From Tubiluchus corallicola (lineage: Eukaryota; Animalia; Priapulida), in the NCBI GenBank assembly GCA_030141605.1, contig JAQGDQ010000613.1, positions 1 to 64,000 of the forward strand: a stretch of DNA of 64,000 nt. Direction: 5' to 3'. Under the pieces are notes generated by a model, which did no database searches, had not been told where the DNA came from, and worked only from the letters and a program-made list of their open reading frames with translations. Of this stretch, positions 62,758 through 64,000 are shown one piece after another. Position numbers and translations under genes: made by a program. Each line of letters starts with the position of its first letter. Positions within the stretch are counted from its first letter, which is position 1.

Positions 62758-63246
62758 TAGTGATGGGCGATTAATAGATTAATCAAGTTAATCTCAAGTA
62801 CAATTATGTCTAAATTGACATAACATGCAAATGAACAGTAATTCAACTAATCGAGATTAATCGAGAGCAAATATACTTATTATTCACTGACTAAAAGGCA
62901 GTATTTTAGCACACATAATGAAATCTGCATTTTTCTTCATTTTTCAGACCTTACACAATTGCGAAGCACAATGTCGCAAGGTCTTTAAGTTATTCGTTGG
63001 CACGTGACGTGTGTGACGCAGTCACAAAGTACTTAATGAATGTGGCAGTCAACAAAAATAGTTTGCAAGTACAAAATGACACACAGTGACAAAAGCCATA
63101 AAGTTTATTGATCATATTTAACTGCAATCATTGAAAAATATGGCTAAAACACTAAAAAAATCTTTGCAAAAGACTAATCGTGACGTTGAATTACAAGAAC
63201 AATATTATACATTCGAATTACGTAATTTCATAATCGACCATCACTA
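62758..63246. mobile_element. hAT-type MITE
   Basis: TIRs TAGTGATGGGCGATTA / TAATCGACCATCACTA (15 of 16 match) and a perfect 8-bp TSD GTTACATG (62750-62757 and 63247-63254). Confidence 0.92.
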
Positions 63247-64000
63247 GTTACATGCATCTTGTATCTGACATGTGCAATAAACATTTCAATTTCTGCAAAA
63301 ATGTCGTGCCTCTACAATTGCTCATTTAATAAAGCAAGTGAGCTTGACAAATAATAATTTTTGGTTGTATTTTTGCTAGCGTGCTCATGCATGTATTACT
63401 CCCCTTTCTCAGCTGAGCGTGCATTTTGTGGGTATTTTTAGACTGATGTCAAAAAGCGGTGTTTGGTGGAAATTTAATTCTTATGTTGGGAAACTAGTAA
63501 ACGAAACCGTGACTTCGCTTATTGGTTTTGAATTAGAGTTTTGTTAGTTTTTGTTACATGACAAAGAAAACTAGACCTTTACTGCAAACAATAAAAAGCA
63601 TGACTTTTACCACATTTATGAATGAAATTACTGCAAGTCATTCCAAAGTAACTGAGTCAAATCTATATATTTTCTAGCGACTAAGAATTTTAAGGTGTGG
63701 TATTAAATCACTATTGAATAGTCCCAGAACTGAAACACAGTAAAAAATTCTGGAACTTTTCCTCGACATAATATTGAAATAGGCTTGTTTTCATATACAT
63801 GTTTTAGTTGCATCAGACATTAAAATTGAAATACAGGATGTAAGGCGGTACATATGAACCCTGTTTTGCAAAATTGAACATGTAAAACTCATAATTACAT
63901 GTGCCGTCGAGGTGCAAACCTTTTAAAGTTGTAATTGTAACACCTGACTATAGCTGCGTCATAATAAAACATTGGAGCATATAGGCGTGTATTGGGTCAC

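Overview
AT-rich animal (probably invertebrate) nuclear DNA with spliceosomal introns. No rRNA, tRNA or CRISPR array is recognisable. Four protein-coding genes can be built. (1) A polycystin-1/REJ-family gene (-) in one uninterrupted 7.3-kb ORF, with an unusual 32-Cys block and an extra PLAT domain just before the GPS motif. (2) A secreted protein of 13 Sushi/CCP modules (-), made of a signal-peptide exon plus one 2.4-kb exon. (3) A 3-coding-exon ELOVL fatty-acid elongase (-). (4) A divergently oriented CCSER/FAM190-like gene (+) with four coding exons visible, continuing past the window. Mobile DNA includes two head-to-tail non-autonomous Helitron-like elements, the second split by a 5'-truncated LINE with a 10-bp TSD. 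It also includes a fold-back LINE 3' fragment, RTE-like and L2/CR1-like fragments, Kolobok-, hAT- and Tc1/pogo-type MITEs, and several mini- and microsatellites. All assignments come from reading motifs by eye; no database search was run.
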